Shown: one piece after another, positions 50,456 to 62,900 of the stretch
Position numbering within the stretch: position 1 is the first letter of the stretch
Layout of the letters: every line of letters begins with the position of its first letter
DNA from: Pocillopora damicornis
Lineage: Eukaryota
Reading direction: 5' to 3'
DNA length: 64,000 nt
Assembly (NCBI RefSeq): GCF_003704095.1
Contig: NW_020845097.1
Span: 248,001-312,000, forward strand
Program-made: the position numbers and the translations under genes
The notes under the pieces: generated by a model
Database searches by the model: none
Told to the model about the DNA's origin: nothing
Seen by the model: the letters and a program-made list of their open reading frames with translations, nothing else

Positions 50456-51486
50456 CTAACTGCAGACAGTACTGTTTCAGCCTTCTGGGCCTCATCAGTG
50501 CAGTGCTGATGCTAGGATGGAGGTAAGGCTATATAGCCACCCCAAGTGATCTCACACATGTGGTATCATCTAAGCCATGCCAGAGTGCTCAAACTAGAAA
50601 ACCTAGTGAGCATGCATAATATATATATATATAGGATAAAAATTTCAGTGATGGCGTGACACCAAAAACTACGCATGTGATAATAGGAATACAATTAAAA
50701 CTTTCAAGTTCTGCGCTTAATGTTCTTGGAAATTGTAACTCATCACTTACATTGCAATTGATTAGAGTGAGGAAGATGGCTGAGATGATTAGCAGAATTA
50801 TTTTCTGGATCCTAGTCGGCCAGAGACTAGATAGTGTCTTTCTAATCACATTTGCAGGATCTCCTTTGAGGTCTATCTTTCTTGAACATAAAGGGAGTAC
50901 CGAAGCCTGTAATCAGAAAAGAACGAAATTGCTTAAAAAATTCGGAAATATGCAATTTACTTTATCTTAACTACCTATACCTTTTCTAAACGGGTAAACT
51001 GCGAAGTAACTGTGATCCGTATTTGATCCTCTATTTCGAGCTGTTAATCTTTAGGAAAAAATTTTATCCCCTTGTTTTTCGAGAAATCTTCCATGTATGT
51101 AAGTAATACAAGGTATAATGTCGTATCAATATTATTATTAGTGAATGACTGACAAAACACGTAAACTCGAACTGTAATTTCATTGATCATGATGTTCCTA
51201 TGTTTGCACAGCATTGAGAATAGTATACAAATTCTTATCCTCGATGTTCGTTCAAGTCTTAAAATAGTATTATTTCATCCTGTCATTTAAAAGTTGATTT
51301 GAGCCCTTTCCAGTTATTTTTCAAACGGGCGTTTTAGATAACCTAAATGGTTAGTCATCGGCAATAGGTACCTAAAATCGAGATACATCGTAGAGTCGTC
51401 GATAAACAGTATAAGTGACGTCCAAATCTTCTAGTTTAGCCACCTAAGCTTTCATCGTAGATTAATACCTTATGATGTCTTCCCAT
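48812..51486 (-). CDS. TNFR-E: paralog of TNFR-A/C, 5' part only (ectodomain and TM); downstream exons missing, in gaps or inverted
   Basis: Exons 51469-51486 (MGRHHK), 50751-50906, 48812-49853, ending AAG|GCAAGT. CRDs CQLCPDCAPGHQLTPPCG; TM LIAVLISLAVILGIIALTSVGLFIII. Confidence 0.78.
50401..50454. repeat. (TA)n microsatellite
   Basis: About 27 TA units. Confidence 0.95.
50459..50504 (-). ncRNA. Type I hammerhead ribozyme (minimal, Penelope/retrozyme-like) in a roughly 170-bp insert flanked by TA repeats
   Basis: Minus strand ACUGCA-CUGAUGA-GGCC(CAGAA)GGCU-GAA-ACAG(UA)CUGU-C^UGCAGU: stems I, II, III, the complete catalytic core and a GUC cleavage triplet. Confidence 0.82.
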
Positions 51487-51574
51487 CTTTGTTGTGTACT
51501 GAAAATGATCCCGGATTCTCTATGAAAACTAGAAAGGTTTCCTGAGATACATTCACCGAGTGCTTCGACAGAAA

Positions 51575-51671
51575 GGAATCGAAACTAGAGCCAGTTCCTC
51601 GAAACTGACCTGGCCTGGGCCGAAGTGAAGTGAAAATCTACTTATTACTTGGGCTTCCTGTGGAAAACCCC
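51575..51671. promoter_or_regulatory. IRF-like (GGAATCGAAACT, GAAGTGAAGTGAAA) and kB (GGAAAACCCC) motifs upstream of TNFR-E
   Basis: About 90-185 nt upstream of ATG 51486; the IRF-like motif matches the TNFR-A position. Confidence 0.45.
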
Positions 51672-54051
51672 ACATTTAAAATTCGGTCGTTTACATCTGC
51701 GCAGGCCCAGGTTTTCAGGCTCCTAGGAAGGATTTGTGGTTACTTGGCAAAACCCAAAATTGATTTTTTATGTTCTTGAAAATTTGATATCATTTCTCCT
51801 TGAAATGCGGTGTTTGATAGGACAATGATATCAATTGTTTTTATCAAAACTTGCGTCTCGCGGTACGTCGCTCATTAAAATTTGCGTTGCAACGCGACGT
51901 TTGCAGAGTGTTCGCCTACTTGCAATTAAAAAAGAACCTCTTAATCTTCTGTCTCGAAACGACAAACCTCGGAGATATTTTATTTTTGTAAAAAAAAAGC
52001 TTTCAAATATCCACAGAATCAGTTACTTACAAGATCATAGTGCCGTTACTCGTTACTGCGTTACTTTGTTTAAAAACACCCACATCACAGAGGGAAGTCC
52101 AAGGGAAGGCCACTGTGGCCTCTTGTTTATCTATTATTTACTGTTTCTATTTGTCTTTTATTTTTGATGGACGTGAAATACAGAAAACAATACATTTGTT
52201 CGGATGGTTTGTCACGCAAACTAAGGCTACTAGTTGAAATATATAATTAATATTATCATTGCCATTTTCTTTATCATTATCATTGTAAACGTTATTGTCA
52301 TTATCGTTTCAATAATCAACAATCCTCTTTTAATTTCGGTTTATTCTTGTCTCTTGAGTGATTGTTTACTTTGAAAATTTTGTCATCTCAAGTACATTCT
52401 GTGCTAATCAGTGGTGTGAGAAAAAAAGGTAAAAGGAGGCCCTTTAAGATTCTTGGGTGTCATATTACTTTGACGATTAGTGTCCCCTTATTGCTAGCGA
52501 ATGACCGGTTTTCATACAATGGTATTCTTAATATTACAAGTATTAAACGAAATTTATACTCTGATGTAGCTCATTATATCATTCACTGAAAGCATCTCTG
52601 AGACCCAATTACTTTGGGCTCCAAGGTCATCTTGCCGAAAGATTTCAGTGTCCTTTGACTGCTTTCTATGTTTTGCGGTTAAGTATTGTTGACGAGATAC
52701 CTCATTCTTCTTAACCTGCTGCGAGGAACATATAAGACCTCTACTTAAACAATTTCGCATCTATTTTACCAGTTTAAACTCAAAACTTGTACAGTTGTAA
52801 TCCTGGGAATAAGATAAATATATAAATATAATGTTTGTGTTTCATGCTTTTAATTAAATTTGATGTAATTTTTTCCTTCAAGTGACTAGAGACAACCCGA
52901 ACAAACACCACTTTCTTATCAAGCAAGAAAGAATTAGAAAGAATAGGATACAGTCCTGCAATTTCCCTGAATTAATCTTCATGAATATGAAATAGGTTAA
53001 TGAACGAGCCTTGTATACTCTAAGGATTTCAATTTTAACAAGGCAAACCACAAATCTGCCGGTTCTTCGGGAGACCTTCTTTTAACTTGATGATAATCCT
53101 TTTAAATCCCCTTTGATANNNNNNNNNNNNNNNNNNNNNNNNNNNNNNNNNNNNNNNNNNNNNNNNNNNNNNNNNNNNNNNNNNNNNNNNNNNNNNNNNN
53201 NNNNNNNNNNNNNNNNNNNNNNNNNNNNNNNNNNNNNNNNNNNNNNNNNNNNNNNNNNNNNNNNNNNNNNNNNNNNNNNNNNNNNNNNNNNNNNNNNNNN
53301 NNNNNNNNNNNNNNNNNNNNNNNNNNNNNNNNNNNNNNNNNNNNNNNNNNNNNNNNNNNNNNNNNNNNNNNNNNNNNNNNNNNNNNNNNNNNNNNNNNNN
53401 NNNNNNNNNNNNNNNNNNNNNNNNNNNNNNNNNNNNNNNNNNNNNNNNNNNNNNNNNNNNNNNNNNNNNNNNNNNNNNNNNNNNNNNNNNNNNNNNNNNN
53501 NNAAAAAAAAGATGATGAAGAGAAGCTCTCCTTTTGCAGCCGTTTCTCTGACAACCGCAACCGTCGCTTGGTGCTCGCCACTAATGAATGAGAGCCTTTT
53601 TTTACGAAGAACTTCCCTTGTGGTCATGGAGACTCACAGCTTCTTTGCAATTACGCTTGCCTGTCACTACAATTGTTATGTTAAGGAGATCTTCACTTAC
53701 GGGATTATCACATAAACTGTTCTAATAAGCGGATTGACATCAAGTTCATGATGAAGGAAAAAAGTATAGTAGACATTACGATTTCGACGTATCTTTATTG
53801 CATCTTGAGTTTGACAGCCAAAAATGAGGGTTTCGTGGTTTTAAGGAAAAAGATGGTCTGAAAATCAAATGATAGATAGAACGTTCCGCGTTGGCAATTA
53901 GGGCCACCTTTTCAGTAACTATTCAGTTGACAAGAAGAACAGGTGGCATGTGAATGTTCACTCTCATAGGAAACGAAGTCGTACATGAAGCATATGTTTG
54001 GTTAGAGGTGTTACGCTCCACTCCGAGTTGTCGCGTTTTTTTGTTTTTAAC

Positions 54052-54912
54052 ATGAGCGATTGGTACTGGATGACAGCCTGGCTGCCTTCATTACTAGCTG
54101 TTCTTGGAAATGGTCTCGTTATTTATTTGGTTCTCTCACGTCCAAGACTTCGCTCCATACAGAACAGGTTCACCTTGTCGCTTGCCATAGCTGACTTTTG
54201 TGTTGGAGTTTGTTATTATCCAGGGCACGCAGTATGCCAATTTTTACTCAACTCGTGTAATAAGGTTATCAGAGATGACATTGCAGTGTTCATGATCTAT
54301 TCATCTGTATCGAACCTGTGCGCTATGGCTTTGGACCGGTACATCGCTATAGTCCGACCTTTGCACTACAGGTCCCTATTGACCACTAAACGCGCAAAAC
54401 TATTGGCCGCAGTAGCGTGGATGATTCCGTTGATAGTCTACTTGATTCCTTCTGTTTGTGCCAGCTTTGGCTTATTTCACATCAACTTCAAAATAAGTGT
54501 AGTTATTTGGACCACGATCTTCGAATTTTTTCCTTGCACGGCACTTTTTTTGACTACATTGCAAGTAATCGTGATCTCGAGGAGACATTGTCGCAGAGAT
54601 TCACAACGAAGTTTGAAATGGCGTCGAAATACATGTTCGGCTTCAGTGATAGGAACAGTTGTGACAGTTTTTCTTCTTTGCTATGCCGTGGAGGTTTACA
54701 GTTCGTTTTGTTATTTCACGTCGATATGCCAGCGAGATGAGCATATATATAACGTAGTGCGCTTTCTCGTGATAATTAACTCGGCAGCGAATCCTGTCGC
54801 TTATGCGTTTTTGAAGAGAGACATGAGAAGAGAACTCGATTTGATCATCAGCAAGAGATCTTTTATCAAAACAAGGTCAAGACGCAGTAATGAACGATCG
54901 TCTGGTATTTGA
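54052..54912 (+). CDS. Intronless class A (rhodopsin-like) GPCR, 286 aa
   Basis: GN in TM1, SLAIAD in TM2, DRY, W in TM4, NSAANPVAY in TM7; starts MSDWYW, matching the paralog start. Confidence 0.9.
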   Translation: MSDWYWMTAWLPSLLAVLGNGLVIYLVLSRPRLRSIQNRFTLSLAIADFCVGVCYYPGHAVCQFLLNSCNKVIRDDIAVFMIYSSVSNLCAMALDRYIAIVRPLHYRSLLTTKRAKLLAAVAWMIPLIVYLIPSVCASFGLFHINFKISVVIWTTIFEFFPCTALFLTTLQVIVISRRHCRRDSQRSLKWRRNTCSASVIGTVVTVFLLCYAVEVYSSFCYFTSICQRDEHIYNVVRFLVIINSAANPVAYAFLKRDMRRELDLIISKRSFIKTRSRRSNERSSGI

Positions 54913-57900
54913 CCTCTTGCAATGCATGTGAAAAGGCAAGATGAGTTGCCGCGATATAGGATTAAAGCATTGAATTTATATTCGGTTCGAAATCACTGAT
55001 GGCCCTCTGATGACTTTCAGATAAGGAAATAAGCACTAAAAGTTATTGTTTAAGGTTTTTTTAAATTTATATAAGGTCCCTTAAGAATCTTAAAACAGAG
55101 TTACGATTATAAAAAAAAAATATTCGCTATGTAGAGGGAGCACTAGTTCTCTTGTTTAAACTGATTGTAAAAATGTATACATGTACGTGTAATGACAAGG
55201 TTTGGTTAGTGTGCAATTTTCTTTTGACCAGTTCTTGTCAGAATGAATAGAAAACAGTGCCTCATGATATGTTATCTGTAAATTTACAACAAGTAGAAAT
55301 CTGGTCTTTTTTCATCAATTTTTAAAGCAATAAAAAACCTAATTTTTTTTGCGAGTCTAAAGATGAAAAATGGGAGCAAAAGTTGACAGATGTCTTGGCT
55401 TTTATATTATTTTGAGGCCTTTCTCGTAATACATTAATTAAAATGTTTTGTGGACATTTCGTAATTGACATCCCTTTCATTGGCCATCATTGAGTTGGAA
55501 AACATGACGTACAAAAGATGAATGATTCCCCAGTATTAACCCTTAATTAGGAAAAGTCATGGCGTGAATGAAGACAATCACCGTTCCTTAGAATATGCCG
55601 TTGATGTTGGCTTTCTTTTTATCATTTAGAGTCCATCACAGTGGGAGACTATTATTTTCTCGATCATTTCTTTGAATAAATCCTGTAAATCTGAAAATGT
55701 TATTCATGTTTTTAACAATGAGACTAATAATAAACATGCGGACGCGATTTTTGTAGGTGCTGAAAATAACTTGAAATTGCCAAGGTATTGATGAACTGTA
55801 AATCAATATGGAGAGATTGATTTTAGTCACAGACATCGAGGATATAGTTAACAAATTTAATTTATTTTCACTTTATTTTGCGAGCAATTTATGTTTTCGC
55901 TAACTCCTTGTCGTAATTTAATTACAGTTGGAATGTTAAAGTGGAATAAATGAACACTATAATTGGAGTGGCTAAACTAGGTGAGCCATGTTGATTTTGT
56001 TGTCAGAGGAGACTGTTTCAGTTGTAATTAAAGATCAACAATAAATCGCAATGTTAACAAAAAAGAAATGTTAACTTTACTAATGACATTTTGACCAAAG
56101 GGGGAATTTCGAACGAAACTGTATTGTCCGCGACTGTGTCTCTTGGCTACAGTCGTTGTCAATAATTTTGGGCTTTTTGCACACCATAAACACGTTTCTC
56201 ACTGTTTTTGAAGTGATTTTAATTAATCCACGGCGAATGTATTTTTCTTTTCTGAAGTGAATCGTTTTCTCCTATGCAAGTCGCATAAGTTAACACGATG
56301 ACCGATTGAAAATAGCTGTAATAAACTGCCTTTCAGGCATGTTAACTTATCCGTTTGTTTTCAATCGCTATGCAATCAGCTATTATTTACCACTGTGTTC
56401 TACATTACATAAGAGACAAATCTGAACAAAAATACGTAGAAATCGAAGAGTATGAAGTATCTGTGCAGTTGATTTGAGATAATAACATCGAACACGTACA
56501 AAAGCATGCAGCATGCATGTGAGCAGGAAGCCAGACGTCGACGACTGAAAGAAATCTAGACAGGTGATACTTCAGAACTCGAAGCAAAATAAAAATGCGT
56601 ACATGCGTTTATTTCTGACCAAAGGTGAATCCTATGTTGAAAATGACTCCTTAATCTTCTTAAAACCTTTTGATGAAGTTAACGAAGAATTATCGTATAA
56701 TCTTTAAAGGGAAAGCCTAGCCTAAATATGATTTTTATTAAATTATGGTACTTCCTTTGTTAAACAATCTGACAATTGACAACACCATAGGACAACTTTT
56801 TCCTAGTTAGTCATTTTAACTTGTCAACCTCATGGATGGAAATTTTATTTCGTCACTTGAGCATGCACCTTTCCTTTTTTTTTTCCATACTGTAACATGA
56901 AGGTCACGCTTCTAAACTAAAGCCGTGTGATTTGTAGCATTTTAAGTTCCAGTTTTGATCGGATAACCGCAAAAAATGTGGCTTAAACCCAAAATTTTGA
57001 ATTGCATAATCTAACACTGCAGGTGCCCTTTACAAATGGAAGATAACATCTCAGTAGTTGGCTGGCTCCCGAATCCTCCTTGAATCACTGACGTGATGAA
57101 GGTTTGGTAGAGAAAATGTAATCTTAAAATGCACTCGGGGAATACATTAGATTTGCGCGGACCTAACCAGTGTATAACGATAAAAAGCATTACGATAACA
57201 AACTGCGGCCCTAACATGATAATTATAGAAGCCTGTAAATCCTTTGAAAAGATTCGAAAGGACAGGATCTTGTTCTGGAATACCATTATTACATAACAGA
57301 TATGATGCACCAACTCGTCAATCATTCAAATTCTTAACCTGAAGGGGGCTTTTACCAACTATCAATTGCAAATTGTCAAAGAATACTGTTAACATTTAGT
57401 TCTAATAGGGGGGAAGGGTGTCAAGAAAACCCCGATAAGTACTTCATATTTTTTTACAATTACATGTTGGTCATAAAGACATCTTATTTTCACTTTATAG
57501 TAGTGGGAAAAAGGATGCTGAAATTAGTTTCATCTCGGGTGTTAATACTCTTATTTCTTGAAGTGACTGATTGAGGTCCTCTGAACTGTTTCTAATAATA
57601 AGAATAATAAAGCATTTCTCGCTCACTATAAAGAGAATATATATGCAATCTGGTTGCAATAAGTTAGGTTCAAAATTTACAAGTTGGATGTCCGCGGCTG
57701 AAAAGAATTAGAGTTTCATTAGGGTTTAAGTCTGTAGATTGAGCAAGTTCATGAAGCGAAATTGAGGCTGTCACTGCTGCATTTTGACATTTTTTATTTT
57801 CATGTCAAAGCACATTTGAAATTTGAAGCTTTGTTAAATTGATATGACATAATATACATAGTAAAAGTCAATATTACACGCTTAAACAAGAACAAGGAAA

Positions 57901-59081
57901 GATGCATGCGAAAGCGATAAAGTCAAGACAGTCAAATCTACATTTTTCAAAGTACTCATGAAAATAGCATAGGATATGCTTTAATTTATACAGAGGGCTC
58001 ATTTCATCAAGGGTTAAGTTATTTCAGATTTTTATGAGATAGCTAGGGCATCAGAATTAATTTGTATTTTGGCCCAGAGGTGTTATAATATATAACGACT
58101 TGAGTTTTCCAGGCTTTAAGTCTTCAATCTCATTAGTATCTAAAGATGAAATTCTTTTGGCAACGCTTAAACTAAAATGGATCTTAAATACATGCATTAA
58201 ACTCCCACAGTGTGCCTTTATCTTCCACCTGCTTTGTGTATGGGTCTCCTATTGTTCTTTCCGATTCAGTAACAGCAGAATACAGCAATTTTTCTTCATT
58301 GAAGCGGTATCCAGCAATGAAGCCCGCTAAACAATCACTCATCTTTAGAATAATGAATGAGAATTATGCAACATATTTATTTATACTGATTGATTCTTAT
58401 TTGGCCTTCTCCTTTTCAGTTTGTTTTTTAAACAACGTCGTTTCAATTAGGCGTAAATTATTGTAAATAGAATGCTATAATATTGTCGTAGAATCCAAAT
58501 AATAAATGTGCTCTTTTTATATCAACAGTCATTGTCGGCATACACGTTGGTCTCTCATGATCGAATCCCTAAGGAGTCATGACAAGACTTGTGACAACTG
58601 TAACCAAAAGAGGCCCTTCTCTTGCTGTTATGAATAACATCACTCCTTCGCATGTCACTTAAGAAAATAAATTTCATCTTGAAATTATAATATTTAATGC
58701 TGAATATTTAACGACAGAAAATGGTTACTCGATCGCACGCGCTTTGACCCTAATTATCCATAACTGGAGGAAATTTTTTTATTATTTTATAGCGTCAGTC
58801 AAAGTTCTTCAACGTTATGGAAGAGAGAGAACAGTAATACTTCATAGTAAATTCTAATGTAGTTTTGTCTTCATTTTGTCTTGTTTTCATCCGAAGTAGT
58901 CATTCTAGTTATTTCACAACAGGTCCGGATATAGGAAACGAGACAACAGGGTAAAATAAGCTTTTACGAGTAGGTATCCTTAACGCCTAATTTTATCACA
59001 TATTTTTTGTTCAGTCGCACCTTAGAACTCTGAAAGCGCAGCCGTATCTGTTTTCTTCCTAAGATATGCAGTTGTGATAAC

Positions 59082-59951
59082 TCAAAGACTGGTCGATCTT
59101 TCATTACTACGTCTCGACAAAAGGCTTGGTTTCGTGAAAGAGTTTTTGCAGATAAATTTATCAAGTTCTCTCTTCATGTCTCTCTTGAACAACGCATAAG
59201 CGATAGGATTTGCAGCCGAATTAACAATAATGAGAAAACGCACTGCGTTGTATATGTTATCATGTGGAGTACACAATGATGTAAAATGACAAAACGAGCT
59301 GTAAACCTCTACAGCATAGCAAAGAAGAAAAATAGCCACAACTGATCCAATCACTGATGTCGAAGCTTTTTGTCGAAGCGTTAACTGAGAGAAGTTTGCG
59401 TCTCTTCGGCGATGCCTCTTCGAGATAATGATAACCTGCATGGTAGCGAACAACAACAACGTGCACGGAATAAATTCGAAAATCGTGGTCCAGATTACCA
59501 CACTTATCTTAAAGTTTATGCTAAACAATTTCAAGCTGACACAAATGGCGGGAATAAAGTAGACTACCATCGGAATCATCCATGCTATTGTCGTCAGTAT
59601 TTTTGCGCGTGTAGTCGTCATGAGTGTTAAGTAGCGTAAAGGTCTGACAATGGCGATGTACCTGTCGATAGCCATGGCGCACAGATTGGACACAGAAGAG
59701 TAGATCATGTACACAGCAATGTCATCTCTAATCATCACATTGCACTTTGAGTCGAGCAAAAAGTTGCATATTACATGCCCTGGGTAATAACATGTCCCAA
59801 CACAGAAGTCAGCTATTGCAAGCGACAGAACAAATCTGTTTTGTAAGGTGCGCAGTCTAGGACGTGAACGAATCAAATAAATCACGAGGCCATTTCCAAT
59901 AATAGCTAATAATGAAGGCAACCATGCCGTCAACCAGTACCAATTACTCAT
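59082..59951 (-). CDS. Intronless class A GPCR, 289 aa, paralog of 54052-54912
   Basis: GNGLVIYLI, SLAIADF, DRY, NSAANPIAY; collinear high similarity to its neighbour. Confidence 0.9.
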   Translation of the reverse strand: MSNWYWLTAWLPSLLAIIGNGLVIYLIRSRPRLRTLQNRFVLSLAIADFCVGTCYYPGHVICNFLLDSKCNVMIRDDIAVYMIYSSVSNLCAMAIDRYIAIVRPLRYLTLMTTTRAKILTTIAWMIPMVVYFIPAICVSLKLFSINFKISVVIWTTIFEFIPCTLLLFATMQVIIISKRHRRRDANFSQLTLRQKASTSVIGSVVAIFLLCYAVEVYSSFCHFTSLCTPHDNIYNAVRFLIIVNSAANPIAYALFKRDMKRELDKFICKNSFTKPSLLSRRSNERSTSL

Positions 59952-62900
59952 GTTGCAACAGCTATCCCTTAAAGAAAAAAACGAAAGTAAAAATTTAGTT
60001 ATTTTGATTGACTTATTTTACTGTTAGAATACCTTCGATAAGCTCTCAATTGCGTCGAGCCGTAATTATACAAAAGCATCTTAAATACAGAGAAAAATTA
60101 GCATAAGGTTGTTGAGGTTTTGTCATTTGAAATCCGAGTCGATTTTTCCATCCTCATCTGTTACTTTTCCTATTCATCATCTTTTTCGAAATTGGTTTTA
60201 CTATCTTTCCCATCATGTCTATGTTCTATAGTTTTCGCTTACTGTTTGCCACTTTAAGGGTGCATCAAATGAGGCGAAAAAGAGTCTATAGAAAAAGAGG
60301 ATACATCCCAGAGATCAAGATTACCCACCTGTTTGGCAGAAAAGAAGAATAACTTTAGGTTTTTAAGCTTTTTCGCCCAATTCGTACTTCACTGGAGTTA
60401 AATTTGCGGATTAGCGTGACTTATTAGTCTCTAATTCGACCTACAAAAAAAGAAAGTATATCGTGGTAAACAGTATATCATCGTTCTTGAATGCACGACA
60501 AGATACCGGAGTTTAGCTCTTTACTATTTCCGCTGCTTCCGACAGACAAGAAACATATTTCATTCCTTTCAGACAATTAAGTATTTTCCTCTGATTTATA
60601 TTGGACCTGAATGGAGAGAAGACAATGATGTTTTAAATCGCTATTGTAAACATTGCCAATTTTAATCAATTTTGCCTTTTATATTTCACAGTTCTTTCAA
60701 AAGGTGAATATTGCATGCAGATTTCCTATACTACTTTTCATTGAAAAAAGTTCTGGTAGCTGTGTCATTTTTTTACAATTTTCTGACGTTTTTCTAAGGG
60801 CTATGGGTAATTAAAGGTTCTTATTATGGCAGCAAGAAATCTTGAAATCGTAGATTTGGTGATAACTACCACATTTTACTGAAGACGGGAAGATAATTTC
60901 TAGCGAGCGTTTTTTTTTTCTGCCATACAAAATCATTTCCCTTTTCTCTGTATGTTACGTACAGGGTCATTCTATCGAAATTAAACCTGCTATGAAGTCA
61001 AATCCTACGCAGTGCTTGTTATCTTGAAGGAAATTAACTTTTGATTTGAATTAATGGAGCGCAATTGTAGCCAAGGAACTGTAGCACCTTGTGGTACGTA
61101 GTAACTGCTCAAAAGATCATCCAAATTAGTAAATGTAGATGTAATAAATTCACTATGGTTGCATGTATTTCTGAACTGAAAATCAGTCTGCAATCATTTG
61201 CATAATGCAAACCGGATAGTGGTTGTCTTATGAAAGTGTTAATGATACTCAAGGTCATCGCGTTCATCTGTTTCTCAAGCGAACTCTGGGTAACCTTTCT
61301 GTCACTACCTAAGATTTATTTATTTTTTTCTTGTTTAAAACTTCAGGAAAAATTGTTGCAGGAGACTAACGTAATCATAGAACTCTTTTGACACGCTTTT
61401 CCAAACGATCGTTTTCCTCTTGTTTCACAATTTAATGAAATGGAACTCGAAAAAATGAATGTTTTGAATTTTCGGCTCTGCTGAAAAGAACGTCTACGTA
61501 CTTCACCATGTCAAGAAACGACTGAGCCACGCCATCGATTAGCCAAACTGCCATTGGGATTGAAAGCTTTGTTGTGTCGCCCTCAAAACGCATGAGATGA
61601 AAACTTGTCTGAAATTAATCTTTATAAAATAGCCAAAATACTGTTATAAGTAGGCATATTTTAAATTATTTGTTCCTGTGTTTAAAGCGAACAGAACATG
61701 GAAAACCACAATTAAGTTCATCATTTGAAGATTCCTTCGCTTATTCGTAAAATTTTTTTCTAATTTATGTCTTTAAACACACTTTTGCGAAAAGCAATCG
61801 TGGGCAAGCCACGGAGACACCTTTTGGTCACCATACTTAAAGCTTTTCCCATTGTTATTATAAATGCTTACCAACACTTTAACCGATCGTTTAACTCATG
61901 TTCTGGTGCCGAGAAAGCATTAACACCTTCTGCCGTCCTTTGGAGAACTGAACTAAATTGACTTAACATCTATTAAATTGTAATGGCTAAGTAAATTGTA
62001 TTGAGTTTTGTCCGTAATTTGATTATTGTCAATTTGATTATTGTACTACAAACATGGATTCTTTATGCATATTGTTACTCGAATTTTTCATTGACATTTA
62101 CTCCGTCTCAATGTTGGGAGATCCTAAGAAATAAACAAACAAGACAAATTTCTTTAGTCGTTAAAAATGAGAACTGTTTTCCTTTTGTTGTTCTTTTACA
62201 GGGCATTTAATCTGACAGAATTTTGAATCAAATGATAGATAGCTGTCAATCGAATGATGCCAGTAATCCCATAAAGAAAAAAAATTAGGCAAGTCTTAAT
62301 TGTGAGCATTAATCACTGAGGTTGTCATCATTTAAAAGAAATTAAAAAACATGATTTTCGTTTTAATATTCATCATTGAGAAGCCGTCGCTACCTAGTCA
62401 GCCATAAAAACCCCGCTTCTTCGAGAGAAGTCGAGGTCTGTCTTATTATAGAACGTATAAGAAGGGAAGAACAACTCACCATTTACATCTATTGATATCA
62501 AAGACAAGGATGTTTCCAAATCGGACAACAGTCAGATCGCTTGCCCGATCGTGGTTCTGCGTTACTGATTACCCGGTAAGCAAGTACTCGCAATCGAAAG
62601 TGGTTGTGGTTTTCGCTGCATTTCAATGCTTAGGATGATTACCGTGGCCTTGGTGGTTAGCAGATGTTATTACATCAACCAAATGATGGAAGCTAATTGT
62701 TGATATTTTCCAGTTTTTGTTTTGTGCCTCCATAAGTTTGTTCAGCACACAATAAAAGCACTTCTCTGGGAGAATGATTTGATACTAATTGTAGCTAAAC
62801 TGTTCAAAGCTCAAAAAGCAAATTGCCTCAGGCAGTACTGCATTGAAAGAGTTTAATTAGTGAACAAAACAATAAAACACGAGCAAACAACATTTTACGG

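Noticed and set aside
53082-53715. Long ORFs spanning N runs
   Set aside because: Artefacts of the assembly gap 53119-53502
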